DNA of 64,000 nt from Anaeromyxobacteraceae bacterium (GTDB taxonomy: Bacteria; Myxococcota; Myxococcia; Myxococcales; Anaeromyxobacteraceae): assembly GCA_032654565.1 (NCBI GenBank), contig JAULAX010000018.1, positions 320,001 through 384,000 on the forward strand, given 5' to 3'. Under the pieces are notes generated by a model, which saw only the letters and a list, made by a program, of their open reading frames with translations, was not told the DNA's origin and did not search any database. The number at the start of each line of letters is the position of its first letter. Positions within the stretch are counted from its first letter, which is position 1. Shown one piece after another: positions 29,568 through 38,359 of this stretch. The position numbers and the translations under genes are program-made.

Positions 29568-31565
29568 ATGAGCCTGCTCCTCGTCATCGCCGCCGCCGGC
29601 CTGGCCACCTCGAGCGGCGCCTGGGCCCTGGCGCTGCGGCGCCGGCCGGCGCTGGGGCAGCGGCTCGCCACCGCCACCCTGGTCCTCGGCGCGGCGCTGG
29701 GCGTGGCCGGGGCCCTGCTGGCGCTGGCCGGGCAGGGGGCGGCCTGGTCGGCGGCCTGGCCGACGCCGCGGGGCTCGCTGTCGCTGCGGCTCGACGCCCT
29801 CTCGGCGATCTTCCTGCTGCCGGTGCTCGGGCTGCCGGCGCTGGCCTCGATCTACGGCCTCGGCTACTGGCCGCAGGCGGCGCGGGGCGCGGCCTCGATC
29901 CGGCTCCAGCTCGCCTTCGGGCTGGTGACCGGCGCCATGGCCCTGGTCTGCGTGGCCGACAACGCCGTCCTCTTCCTGGTGGCCTGGGAGGTGATGGCGC
30001 TGGCCGGCTTCCTGCTGGTCTTCACCGAGCACGAGAAGCCCGAGGTGCAGCGCGCCGCCTTCGTCTACCTGGCCTCGGCCCACGCCGGGAACCTGGCGCT
30101 CTTCGCCCTCTTCGCGCTGCTGGGCCGGCTGGCCGGCTCCTTCGAGTTCGCCGCCATGGCCGGGCTCGACGGCGGCGGGCCGCTGGCCGGCTGGGTCTTC
30201 GCCCTGGCGCTGTTCGGCTTCGGCCTCAAGGCCGGCCTGGTGCCGCTCCACTTCTGGCTGCCGGGCGCCCACGCCGCGGCGCCCAGCCACGTCTCGGCGC
30301 TGCTCTCCGGCGTGCTCCTCAAGACCGGCATCTACGGGATCCTGCGGGTCACCGGCTTCTTCCAGCAGGTGCCGGCCGCCTGGGGCGCGGCGCTGCTGCT
30401 GGCCGGCGCGGCCTCGGCGGTCCTCGGCGTGGCCTTCGCCCTGGCCCAGCACGACGTCAAGCGGCTGCTCGCCTACCACTCGGTGGAGAACCTCGGCATC
30501 ATCGCCATGGGGGCGGGGCTGGCGCTGCTGGGGCGCTCCAGCGGCAACCCGGCGCTGGTGGTGCTGGGCTTCTCCGGCGCCGCCCTCCACGTGGTCAACC
30601 ACGCCGCCTTCAAGGGGCTGCTCTTCCTCGGCGCCGGGGCCGTCGACCACGCCACCGGCACCCGCGAGCTCGACCACCTCGGCGGCCTGGCCCGGGCCAT
30701 GCCCTTCACCGCCGCCTTCTTCCTGGTGGGCGCCGCCGCCATCTCCGGCCTGCCGCCGCTCAACGGCTTCGCCTCGGAGTGGCTGGTCTTCCTGGCCTCC
30801 TTCCACGCCATCCTCGGGCACGGCGCCGCGGCCACGCCGCTGGCCGGCCTGGCGGCCCCCACCCTGGCGCTGGTGGGCGGGCTGGCGGCCGCCTGCTTCG
30901 CCAAGGTGTTCGGCACCGTCTTCCTCGGCCAGCCCCGCTCCCCGGCCGCCGGGCGGGGGCACGAGGCCTCGCCGGCCATGCTGGCGCCGATGGGCGTGCT
31001 GGCGGTGGCCTGCGCCGTCATCGGCCTGCTGCCGGCGGCCTGGCTGCCCGGGCTGGTGCGGGCGGCGGTGGCCTGGTCCGGCCTCCCCGGGCCGCTGCTG
31101 GCCGGGCCGGCCGCCGAGGCGGCGCGAGGGGCCTGGAAGGTGAGCCTGGTGGCGGCGGCGCTGCTGCTCGGGGTCGCCCTGCTGGCCGGGTGGCGCCGGC
31201 TCCGGCTGGGACGCAGCCAGCCGGCAGCGCCCACCTGGGGCTGCGGCTTCGCCCGCCCGTCGCCGCGCATGCAGTACACCGGCTCCTCCTTCGCCGAGCA
31301 GCTGGTGCTCCGCTTCGGCTGGGTCTTCTTCCCGCGCACCCGGGTCGAGCCGCCCACCGGCCTCTTCCCGCGCCGCGCCGCCTTCGGCTCGCACCTGCCC
31401 GACACCATCCTCGACCTCGGCATCCTGCCGGCGCTGGGCTCGGCGGTGCGGGTCACCGACCGGCTGCGCGCCCAGTTCGGTGGCCGGGTCCAGTCGAAGG
31501 TCTTCCTGGTGCTGGTGGGCGTGCTCGGCCTGCTGGCCTGGCTGGCGCTCGGGGGGCCGGGGTGA
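29568..31565 (+). CDS. Ehr/Hyf complex copy B large antiporter-like subunit (HyfB-like)
   Basis: FLVAWEVM, PLHFWLPGAHAAAPSHVSALLSG, DVKRLLAYHSVEN, NHAAFK and TWGCGF..PSPRMQYT motifs. Confidence 0.92.
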   Translation: MSLLLVIAAAGLATSSGAWALALRRRPALGQRLATATLVLGAALGVAGALLALAGQGAAWSAAWPTPRGSLSLRLDALSAIFLLPVLGLPALASIYGLGYWPQAARGAASIRLQLAFGLVTGAMALVCVADNAVLFLVAWEVMALAGFLLVFTEHEKPEVQRAAFVYLASAHAGNLALFALFALLGRLAGSFEFAAMAGLDGGGPLAGWVFALALFGFGLKAGLVPLHFWLPGAHAAAPSHVSALLSGVLLKTGIYGILRVTGFFQQVPAAWGAALLLAGAASAVLGVAFALAQHDVKRLLAYHSVENLGIIAMGAGLALLGRSSGNPALVVLGFSGAALHVVNHAAFKGLLFLGAGAVDHATGTRELDHLGGLARAMPFTAAFFLVGAAAISGLPPLNGFASEWLVFLASFHAILGHGAAATPLAGLAAPTLALVGGLAAACFAKVFGTVFLGQPRSPAAGRGHEASPAMLAPMGVLAVACAVIGLLPAAWLPGLVRAAVAWSGLPGPLLAGPAAEAARGAWKVSLVAAALLLGVALLAGWRRLRLGRSQPAAPTWGCGFARPSPRMQYTGSSFAEQLVLRFGWVFFPRTRVEPPTGLFPRRAAFGSHLPDTILDLGILPALGSAVRVTDRLRAQFGGRVQSKVFLVLVGVLGLLAWLALGGPG

Positions 31566-32470
31566 TCCTCGCCGTCCTCCAGCTCCTCGCCTTCCTGGCC
31601 CTGCCCCCGCTCCTGCTCGGCGTCATCGGCCGGGTCAAGGCCCGCGTCGCCGGCCGGGTGGGGCCGCCCCTGCTCCAGCCCTGGCGCGACCTGCGCCGGC
31701 TGGCCGGCAAGGGGGCGGTCTTCAGCCGGACCACCACCTGGGTCTTCCGGGCCGGGCCGGTGGTGGGGCTGGCGGCGGTCCTGGCGGCCGGGCTGCTGGT
31801 GCCCATGGGGGCGCCGTCGTCCGCGCTCTCCTTCGCCGGCGACTTCGCGCTGCTGGCCGGCCTGCTCGGCCTGGCCCGGTTCGTCAGCGTCACCGCCGCG
31901 CTCGACACCGGCTCCTCGTTCGAGGGGATGGGGGCGGCCCGCGAGGTCACCTTCGCGGCGCTGGCCGAGCCGGCGCTCTTCCTCGGCTTCCTCTCGCTGG
32001 TCCGCTCCACCGGCGGCCTCGACCTCAGCCACCTGCTCGGCGACGGGCTGGCGGCGGCCTGGCAGAGCGACGGCCCGGCGCTGCTGCTGGTGGCCCTCTC
32101 CATCTTCGTGGTGGCGCTGGCCGAGAACGCCCGCCTGCCGGTGGACGACCCGTCCACCCACCTCGAGCTCACCATGGTCCACGAGGTGATGGTGCTCGAT
32201 CACTCGGGTCCCGACCTGGCCCTGATCCAGTACGGCGCCGCGCTCAAGCTCTACCTGTTCGGCGCGCTGGTGGTGAAGCTGGCGCTGGGGGCCCGCTTCG
32301 CCGATCCGGCGGCCGCCTTCGTCGCCTTCCTCTGCGGGCAGCTCCTCTTCGCCGCAGGCATCGGCGTGGTCGAGTCGACCATGGCCCGCCTCCGCCTCAG
32401 CCGGGTCCCGCAGCTGCTCGTCGGCGCCTCGGTCCTCTCCGGCTTCGCCCTGGTCCTGCTCCTCCGATGA
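31562..32470 (+). CDS. Ehr/Hyf complex copy B NuoH/HyfC-like membrane subunit
   Basis: GRVGPPLLQP, ALDTGSSFEGMGAARE and ENARLPVDDPSTHLELTMVHEVM motifs; GTGA overlap with the upstream gene. Confidence 0.9.
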   Translation: MILAVLQLLAFLALPPLLLGVIGRVKARVAGRVGPPLLQPWRDLRRLAGKGAVFSRTTTWVFRAGPVVGLAAVLAAGLLVPMGAPSSALSFAGDFALLAGLLGLARFVSVTAALDTGSSFEGMGAAREVTFAALAEPALFLGFLSLVRSTGGLDLSHLLGDGLAAAWQSDGPALLLVALSIFVVALAENARLPVDDPSTHLELTMVHEVMVLDHSGPDLALIQYGAALKLYLFGALVVKLALGARFADPAAAFVAFLCGQLLFAAGIGVVESTMARLRLSRVPQLLVGASVLSGFALVLLLR

Positions 32471-33126
32471 CCACGCCCATGACCGGCTGGACCGACCTCT
32501 TCTTCCTCCTCGTCCTGGTGCTCGACCTGTTCGTGCTGGCCTCCTCCCGGCTGCGCGCCGGCATCCGCGCCGTGGCCGCCCAGGGGGCGCTGCTGGCGGT
32601 CCTGCCGGTGGTGCTGGCCGGCGAGGCCACCGAGACCCGCCACGTGGCGGTGCTGGTGGCCGGGGCGCTGCTGGTGAAGGGGGTGGGCATCCCCTGGCTG
32701 CTGGCCCGGGCCACCCGGGAGTCGAAGATCAGCCGCGAGGCGGCGCCGCTCCTCGGCTTCGTCCCCACCCTGGTGCTGGGGGCCCTGGGCATCGTGCTGG
32801 CCGTCTGGTTCGCGGCCGACCTGCCCTTGCCGGTCCCCGGCAAGCACCCGCTGCTGGTCCCCACCTCGCTGGGGACGGTCTGGTGCGGGCTCCTGCTGAT
32901 CATGACCCGGCGCAAGGCGGTAGGGCAGGTGCTCGGCTTCCTGGTGCTGGAGAACGGCGTCTTCGTGCTGGGGCTGCTGCTCTCCGACTTCATGCCGGCC
33001 ATGGTCGAGGTGGGCGTGCTGCTCGACCTCTTCGCCGCGGTCTTCGTCATGGGGCTGGTGATGTTCGACATCCAGCGGGCCTTCAGCTCGCTCGACACCG
33101 AGAACCTGGCGTCGCTGAGGGACTGA
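32467..33126 (+). CDS. Ehr/Hyf complex copy B HyfE-like membrane subunit
   Basis: AAQGALL, QVLGFLVLENG and VEVGVLLD motifs; ATGA overlap. Confidence 0.88.
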   Translation: MTTPMTGWTDLFFLLVLVLDLFVLASSRLRAGIRAVAAQGALLAVLPVVLAGEATETRHVAVLVAGALLVKGVGIPWLLARATRESKISREAAPLLGFVPTLVLGALGIVLAVWFAADLPLPVPGKHPLLVPTSLGTVWCGLLLIMTRRKAVGQVLGFLVLENGVFVLGLLLSDFMPAMVEVGVLLDLFAAVFVMGLVMFDIQRAFSSLDTENLASLRD

Positions 33127-33129
33127 CCG

Positions 33130-34560
33130 GTGCTCCTCCTCCTCGTCGCCGCCCCGCTGCTCCTCGCCGTCGTGGCCTTCGCCATGCCCGGGGCCCCGCG
33201 GCGGCCGCGGGTGCTGCTGGCCGGAGCGCTGGTCCACGCCGGCGCGGTGGCCTGGACCTGGGCCTGGCCCCCGGCGCCGATCCTGGGGGGCTGGCTGGCC
33301 GTCGACGCCGCCGGGCTGCTGGTGCTGCTGCTGGTCAGCGCCCTCTTCCTGGTCTGCGCCGTCTACGCCCAGGGCTACCTGGCGCGGCGCCAGGACCGCG
33401 ACAACCGCGCCTTCGTGGCCGGGCTGCTGCTGCTGCTGGGGTCGGTCTCGGCGGTGGCCCTGGCCCAGCACCTCGGCCTGCTCTGGGTGGCCATCGAGAT
33501 CACCACGCTGGCCACCGCCCCGCTCATCTACTTCAACCGCAACGAGCGGGCGCTGGAGGCGGCCTGGAAGTACCTGGTGGTCTGCTCGGTGGGCATCGCC
33601 CTGGCGCTGCTGGGGACCTTCCTGCTGGCGCTCGCCTCGGCCGGCCCCGGGGGGCCCCGGTCGCTGCTGCTGGCCGACCTGCTGGCGGCGGGGCCGGCGC
33701 TGGCGCGGCCGTGGGTCCGCTTCGCCTTCGTCTTCCTGCTGGCCGGGTACGGCACCAAGCTGGGGCTGGCGCCGTTCCACGCCTGGAAGCCCGACGCCTA
33801 CGGCGAGGCCCCGGGGCTGCTCGGCGCCCTGCTCTCCGGCGGCGTCACCAGCGTCGCCTTCCTGGCCTTGATGCGCGTGCTGCAGGTCTGCATCGCCGCC
33901 GGGGAGGGGGCCTTCGCCCGCCAGGCGCTGGTGGCGCTGGGACTGCTCTCCATCGGCCTGGCCGCCGTCTTCCTGGTCCGGCAGCGCGACCTGAAGCGGA
34001 TGCTGGCCTACTCCAGCGTCGAGCACATGGGGATCCTGGCGCTCGGCGTCGGCCTGGGGGGCGTGGCGGCCACCGGCGCCTTCTTCCACCTCCTCTACAA
34101 CGGCCTCACCAAGGGGGCGCTCTTCCTCACCGCGGGGAACATCCACCGCGCCTTCGGCTCCAAGGACGTGGAGAAGGTCCGCGGGGCGGCCCGGGTCCTG
34201 CCGGTCTCCGGCCCGGTCTTCCTGGCCGCCTTCCTGGCCATCACCGGCTCGCCCCCCTTCGCGCCGTTCTTCAGCGAGTTCGCCATCCTCGACGGGGCGC
34301 TGCGGGTCGGCGCCTGGGGGCCGGCGGCCGGCTACCTGCTCGGCCTGGCGGTCATCTTCGTGGGCATGGGGGCGACGGTGCTGCGCATCGTCCAGGGGGC
34401 GCCGCCCCAGGGGTTGGTCGCCACCGCCATGGGCGACTCGCCGCTCACCGCCGGACCGCCGCTGGCGCTGCTGGCGCTGGTGCTGGTGCTGGGGCTCTGG
34501 GTGCCGGCGCCGCTGCGGGCGCTGGTCGAGGCGGCGGCGGCGCTGGTGGGAGGCGGCTGA
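33130..34560 (+). CDS. Ehr/Hyf complex copy B antiporter-like subunit (HyfF-like)
   Basis: WVAIEITTL, ALEAAWKY, GYGTKLGLAPFHAWKPDAY and KRMLAYSSVEHMG motifs. Confidence 0.9.
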   Translation: MLLLLVAAPLLLAVVAFAMPGAPRRPRVLLAGALVHAGAVAWTWAWPPAPILGGWLAVDAAGLLVLLLVSALFLVCAVYAQGYLARRQDRDNRAFVAGLLLLLGSVSAVALAQHLGLLWVAIEITTLATAPLIYFNRNERALEAAWKYLVVCSVGIALALLGTFLLALASAGPGGPRSLLLADLLAAGPALARPWVRFAFVFLLAGYGTKLGLAPFHAWKPDAYGEAPGLLGALLSGGVTSVAFLALMRVLQVCIAAGEGAFARQALVALGLLSIGLAAVFLVRQRDLKRMLAYSSVEHMGILALGVGLGGVAATGAFFHLLYNGLTKGALFLTAGNIHRAFGSKDVEKVRGAARVLPVSGPVFLAAFLAITGSPPFAPFFSEFAILDGALRVGAWGPAAGYLLGLAVIFVGMGATVLRIVQGAPPQGLVATAMGDSPLTAGPPLALLALVLVLGLWVPAPLRALVEAAAALVGGG

Positions 34561-36086
34561 TGCCCTCGCGGATGATCCTGGTGGCCAACGGGCAGCCCTT
34601 CGACGCCGCGGCGGTGCCGCGCCTGCCGGCCGGGGAGTTCCAGCAGGTGCTGGCCGACGCCGTCACCGCCGGGGCCCGGGTGGCGGCCTACTTCGGCCAG
34701 CCGGACGGCGACGGGCCGGGAGCGGTGCGGGTCACCGCGGTGCTCGCCAACGACGCCGAGGGGCGCCTCGGCGTGCTCTCCACCGTGGCCGGTGAGTCGC
34801 TCCCCTCGCTCGCCGAGGAGTGCCCGGCGCTGCAGCTCTTCGAGCGGGAGCTGGCCGAGCAGTTCGGGGTGGTGCCGCTCGGCCACCCCTGGTTCAAGCC
34901 GGTGCGCTTCGAGCACCCGCTGGGCGGGGCCCACCCGCCCTGGAACCGCTCCCCCTCCCGCCCCACGCTCCCCGGCGACACCCCGTTCTTCGCCGTCTCC
35001 GGCGAGGAGGTGCACGAGGTGGCGGTCGGCCCGGTCCACGCCGGCATCATCGAGCCGGGCCACTTCCGCTTCCAGTGCCACGGCGAGCACGTCTTCCACC
35101 TGGAGATCTCGCTCGGCTACCAGCACCGGGCCATGGAGCGGCTGCTGCAGGGCGGCCCCACCCGCCGCACCACCACGCTGGTGGAGTCGATCGCCGGCGA
35201 CACCGTGGTGGGCCACGCGCTGGCCTCGGCCCGCGCCCTGGAGGGGCTGGCCGGGCGGGAGGCGCCGCGCCGGGCGGCGGTGCTGCGGGCGGCGGCGCTG
35301 GAGCTGGAGCGGCTGGCCAACCACGTCGGCGACCTCGGGGCGCTGGCCGGCGACGTCGGCTACCTGCCCACCGCCAGCTTCTGCGGGGCCCTGCGCGCCG
35401 ACTACCTCAACGCCCTGGCCGAGCTGTGCGGCAACCGGTTCGGGCGCGGCCTGGTGGTGCCCGGCGGGGTGCGCTTCGACCTCACGGCCGCCGCGGCCGC
35501 CCGGCTCGCCGACCGGCTGGCCGAGGCCTGGACCCGGGTGGAGGAGGCGGCCGGCCTCTTCTTCGACTCGCCGTCGGTGGGCAACCGGACCGACGGCACC
35601 GGCCAGCTCGACGAGGCGTCGGCCGCCCGGCTCGGGCTGGTGGGGCCGGCGGCGCGGGCCTCGGGGCTGAAGGTCGACCAGCGGCGCACCCACCCGTTCG
35701 CCCCCTACACCACCGCCCACGTGCCGCTGCCCACCGTGACCAGCGGCGACGTCCACGCCCGGGCCTGGGTGCGGCTCGAGGAGGCCCGCCACTCCGCCGG
35801 GCTGGTCGACCGGTGGCTGCGCGATCTGCCCCCCGGCGAGCCCCGCCTCGACCTCCCGGCGCTGTCGCCCCGCCGGCTGGTGGTCTCGCTGGTGGAGGGC
35901 TGGCGCGGCGAGCTCTGCCACGTGGTGGCCACCGGCGACGACGGGCGCTTCCTCCGCTACAAGGTGGTGGACGCCTCGTTCCACAACTGGGCCGGGCTGG
36001 CGCTGGCCATGCGCGGCGAGCAGATCTCCGACTTCCCGCTCTGCAACAAGAGCTTCAACCTCTCCTACTGCGGACACGACCTGTGA
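34560..36086 (+). CDS. Ehr/Hyf complex copy B large subunit (NuoCD/HyfG-like), lacking NiFe CxxC motifs
   Basis: VAVGPVHAGIIEPGHFRF, LGYQHR, ESIAGDTVVGH and EGWRGE motifs. C-terminus is DFPLCNKSFNLSYCGHDL. Confidence 0.9.
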   Translation: MPSRMILVANGQPFDAAAVPRLPAGEFQQVLADAVTAGARVAAYFGQPDGDGPGAVRVTAVLANDAEGRLGVLSTVAGESLPSLAEECPALQLFERELAEQFGVVPLGHPWFKPVRFEHPLGGAHPPWNRSPSRPTLPGDTPFFAVSGEEVHEVAVGPVHAGIIEPGHFRFQCHGEHVFHLEISLGYQHRAMERLLQGGPTRRTTTLVESIAGDTVVGHALASARALEGLAGREAPRRAAVLRAAALELERLANHVGDLGALAGDVGYLPTASFCGALRADYLNALAELCGNRFGRGLVVPGGVRFDLTAAAAARLADRLAEAWTRVEEAAGLFFDSPSVGNRTDGTGQLDEASAARLGLVGPAARASGLKVDQRRTHPFAPYTTAHVPLPTVTSGDVHARAWVRLEEARHSAGLVDRWLRDLPPGEPRLDLPALSPRRLVVSLVEGWRGELCHVVATGDDGRFLRYKVVDASFHNWAGLALAMRGEQISDFPLCNKSFNLSYCGHDL

Positions 36087-36919
36087 AGGGACTGCTGCGT
36101 ACCCGGTTCCACCTGGGCCACCAGACCATCGCCTGGCCGGACGGGCCGGCCCGCTTCCCGGAGCGCTTCCGGGGACGGCCGGCAATCCACCCGGAGCGCT
36201 GCGCCGAGGGCTGCCATGACTGCGAGGCGGCCTGCCCCACCGAGGCCATCCGCGGCGCGGCCTCGAAGGCGCTGGCCCTCGACACCGGCGCCTGCACCTT
36301 CTGCGGCCTCTGCGAGGAGGCGTGCGCGGCGCGGGCCATCGTCTTCACCCGCGATCCGCGGCTGGCGTCGCGCACCCGCGAGGCGCTGGTGGTCGGCGGC
36401 GACGAGCCGCAGCGGGTGGCGGCGCTCGACGCCCGGATGCGCCGGCTCTTCGGCCGCTCGCTCAAGCTGCGCCAGGTCTCGGCCGGCGGCTGCAACGGCT
36501 GCGAGGCCGAGCTCAACGCCACCGGCAACGTGCAGTTCGACCTCTCCCGCTTCGGCATCCAGTTCGTGGCCTCGCCGCGCCACGCCGACGGCCTGGTGGT
36601 GACCGGGCCGGTCACCGAGAACATGCGGGCGGCGCTGCTGGCCACCTGGGAGGCGGTCCCGGCGCCGAAGCTGCTCATCGCCGTGGGGGCCTGCGCCTGC
36701 TCGGGCGGGCCGCTGGCCGGCAGCCCGGTCTGCGCCGACGGCCTGGCCGGCGTCCTCCCCGGGGTGGTGGTGGACCTCTGGATCCCCGGCTGCCCCCCGC
36801 ACCCGGTCACCGTGCTCGACGGCCTGCTCCGGCTGCTGGGGCGGCTCGAGCACGACGAGCCGCGGCTGGAGGGGGCCGGGGTGGCGGCGCCGGCCGATCC
36901 ACCGCCGGGGGTCACTTGA
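36083..36919 (+). CDS. Ehr/Hyf complex copy B small subunit (NuoB/HyfI-like) fused to a 2x[4Fe-4S] domain
   Basis: CAEGCHDCEAACP and CTFCGLCEEAC, then AGGCNGCEAE, SPRHAD, GACA and PGCPP motifs. Confidence 0.9.
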   Translation: MKGLLRTRFHLGHQTIAWPDGPARFPERFRGRPAIHPERCAEGCHDCEAACPTEAIRGAASKALALDTGACTFCGLCEEACAARAIVFTRDPRLASRTREALVVGGDEPQRVAALDARMRRLFGRSLKLRQVSAGGCNGCEAELNATGNVQFDLSRFGIQFVASPRHADGLVVTGPVTENMRAALLATWEAVPAPKLLIAVGACACSGGPLAGSPVCADGLAGVLPGVVVDLWIPGCPPHPVTVLDGLLRLLGRLEHDEPRLEGAGVAAPADPPPGVT

Positions 36920-37015
36920 TCGGGCGACGATGAGGCCCACATGGGCACCCTTGCAATCGGGTGGCGCGTGGTAGGGAAAAGGGGTCGCACCCAAAAAAAC
37001 GCCCATGGAGGAATC

Positions 37016-37660
37016 ATGACTCTCGTTCCAAACCGTGCCCAGGTGGCCTCGCTCGTCGTCGGTTTGTCTCTCCTCGTGGGGTGCGCCGGGTCCAAGGGCG
37101 CCGATGGTGCCACGGGTCCTGCCGGTCCTGCTGGTACGAACGGTACGAACGGCACTGCCGGTCCTGCCGGTCCTGCTGGTCCTGCCGGTCCTGCTGGTCC
37201 TGCCGGTCCTGTCGGTCCCGCCGGTGCGGTGGGTGCCGCCGGCCCACAGGGAATCTCCGGCGTGGTCAACACGCTCTACGTCAACACCACAGCCACCAGC
37301 GCGGCCTTCGTGGGGAGCACGTTCCAGTACCTCTGCAAGACCCCCGCCTACGTCGCCGGGGCCGGTGAGCGCGCCATCATCAACGTGCAGGCCTCGGCGA
37401 CCGTTCCGGTCGGGTCCGGCATCGGCGTTCGTCCCGGCTACAACGTGAATGCCGGCGTGGACACCAATTTTGGCCTCTGGATGTACCAGAGGAACAACGG
37501 CACCGGCGTGGCCGGCGTCACCAACGGCATGAGCGGCGTGCTCAGCCTGACGGCCGGGTCCACCTACATCTTCTCCGTGGCCGTGGTTGATTCGGAGTCG
37601 GCCGGGTTCCCGGCCACCACCGTCTGGTGCAACACCCTGGTGACCATCGTCAAGACCTAG
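37016..37660 (+). CDS. Collagen-like (Gly-X-Y) lipoprotein with C-terminal beta-rich domain
   Basis: GGAGG RBS, lipobox LVGC, and 19 consecutive GXY triplets (37088-37258). Confidence 0.85.
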   Translation: MTLVPNRAQVASLVVGLSLLVGCAGSKGADGATGPAGPAGTNGTNGTAGPAGPAGPAGPAGPAGPVGPAGAVGAAGPQGISGVVNTLYVNTTATSAAFVGSTFQYLCKTPAYVAGAGERAIINVQASATVPVGSGIGVRPGYNVNAGVDTNFGLWMYQRNNGTGVAGVTNGMSGVLSLTAGSTYIFSVAVVDSESAGFPATTVWCNTLVTIVKT

Positions 37661-37727
37661 GGCCAGACCCCGTAGTGCTTGTCGCGGGGCGCGGGGCAAC
37701 CAGGCCCGCGCCCCGCGCCTTCACGTC

Positions 37728-38309
37728 ATGACTACCACAACCACTCCGGTCTCCCTCCGTTCGCGATGGCCCCTCGCTCTCGGGGCGCTCCTCGTCGTCG
37801 GGCTCTCCTTCCTGGCCGGTCGCGCCTCGGTGGACGACCCACCCCGCCGCTCCGCCACCGCCGGTGGCGTCGCTCCGGAGCGCCAGCCCGAGGGGTGGAG
37901 CGCGCCTCCGCTCCAGCCCGGCGAGGTGCGGCCGGCGGTCGGGCCTTCCGCCGGCACCCCGGTCGCGGTGGCCGTCCCCGTGGCACCCACCCCGGCACCC
38001 CGCTTCGCCTCGCCGGAGCTGGTCGAGCAGGTCCGCCAGGCGACCACCGTGGCGCTCCAGGCCCAGCGCGACCAGATCGCCACGCGCTGCTGGCCCGAGC
38101 AGCCCGGCCATGCCCGGGTCCGCCCTCGCAGCGTGACCTTCCACGTGGTCTTTGACGGGCAGGGCAAGGAGATGTCGCGCAGCCTCGCCGACGAGAGCGG
38201 CGACCTGCCGCCGTCCGTCCAGGCCTGCCTGACCAACTCGGGCGACAGCGTGCAGATCGGGGCACCGGGCCTGGATCTCGCGGTCACGGCCACGCTCGAA
38301 CTCCACTGA
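37728..38309 (+). CDS. Hypothetical membrane-anchored protein with Pro-rich linker and a two-Cys C-terminal domain
   Basis: N-terminal TM helix, Pro/Ala linker, then CW...VTFHVVFD.QG...SVQACL. Confidence 0.55.
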   Translation: MTTTTTPVSLRSRWPLALGALLVVGLSFLAGRASVDDPPRRSATAGGVAPERQPEGWSAPPLQPGEVRPAVGPSAGTPVAVAVPVAPTPAPRFASPELVEQVRQATTVALQAQRDQIATRCWPEQPGHARVRPRSVTFHVVFDGQGKEMSRSLADESGDLPPSVQACLTNSGDSVQIGAPGLDLAVTATLELH

Positions 38310-38359
38310 ACAGGGGCCGTGCGCTTGCGGCGCCGGCCGCGAGGCGCGATCGTGCCGGC

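Noticed and set aside
27512..31561. Very long alternative-frame or antisense ORFs (e.g. 27512-32470, 4381-7962, 15566-18781, 22173-24413)
   Set aside because: These are Arg/Gly/Pro-rich or antisense translations expected from stop-codon scarcity at high GC. Only their 3' ends, where recognisable, correspond to real genes.
22101..36919. Calling the two operons formate hydrogenlyase / [NiFe] hydrogenase-4, or an inverted-duplication assembly artefact
   Set aside because: The NiFe ligands are absent, and the two copies differ extensively in protein sequence.
36978..37004. preQ1-like look (GGGTCGCACCC followed by A7)
   Set aside because: The stem and loop are too short for preQ1-I, and the downstream gene is unrelated to queuosine.
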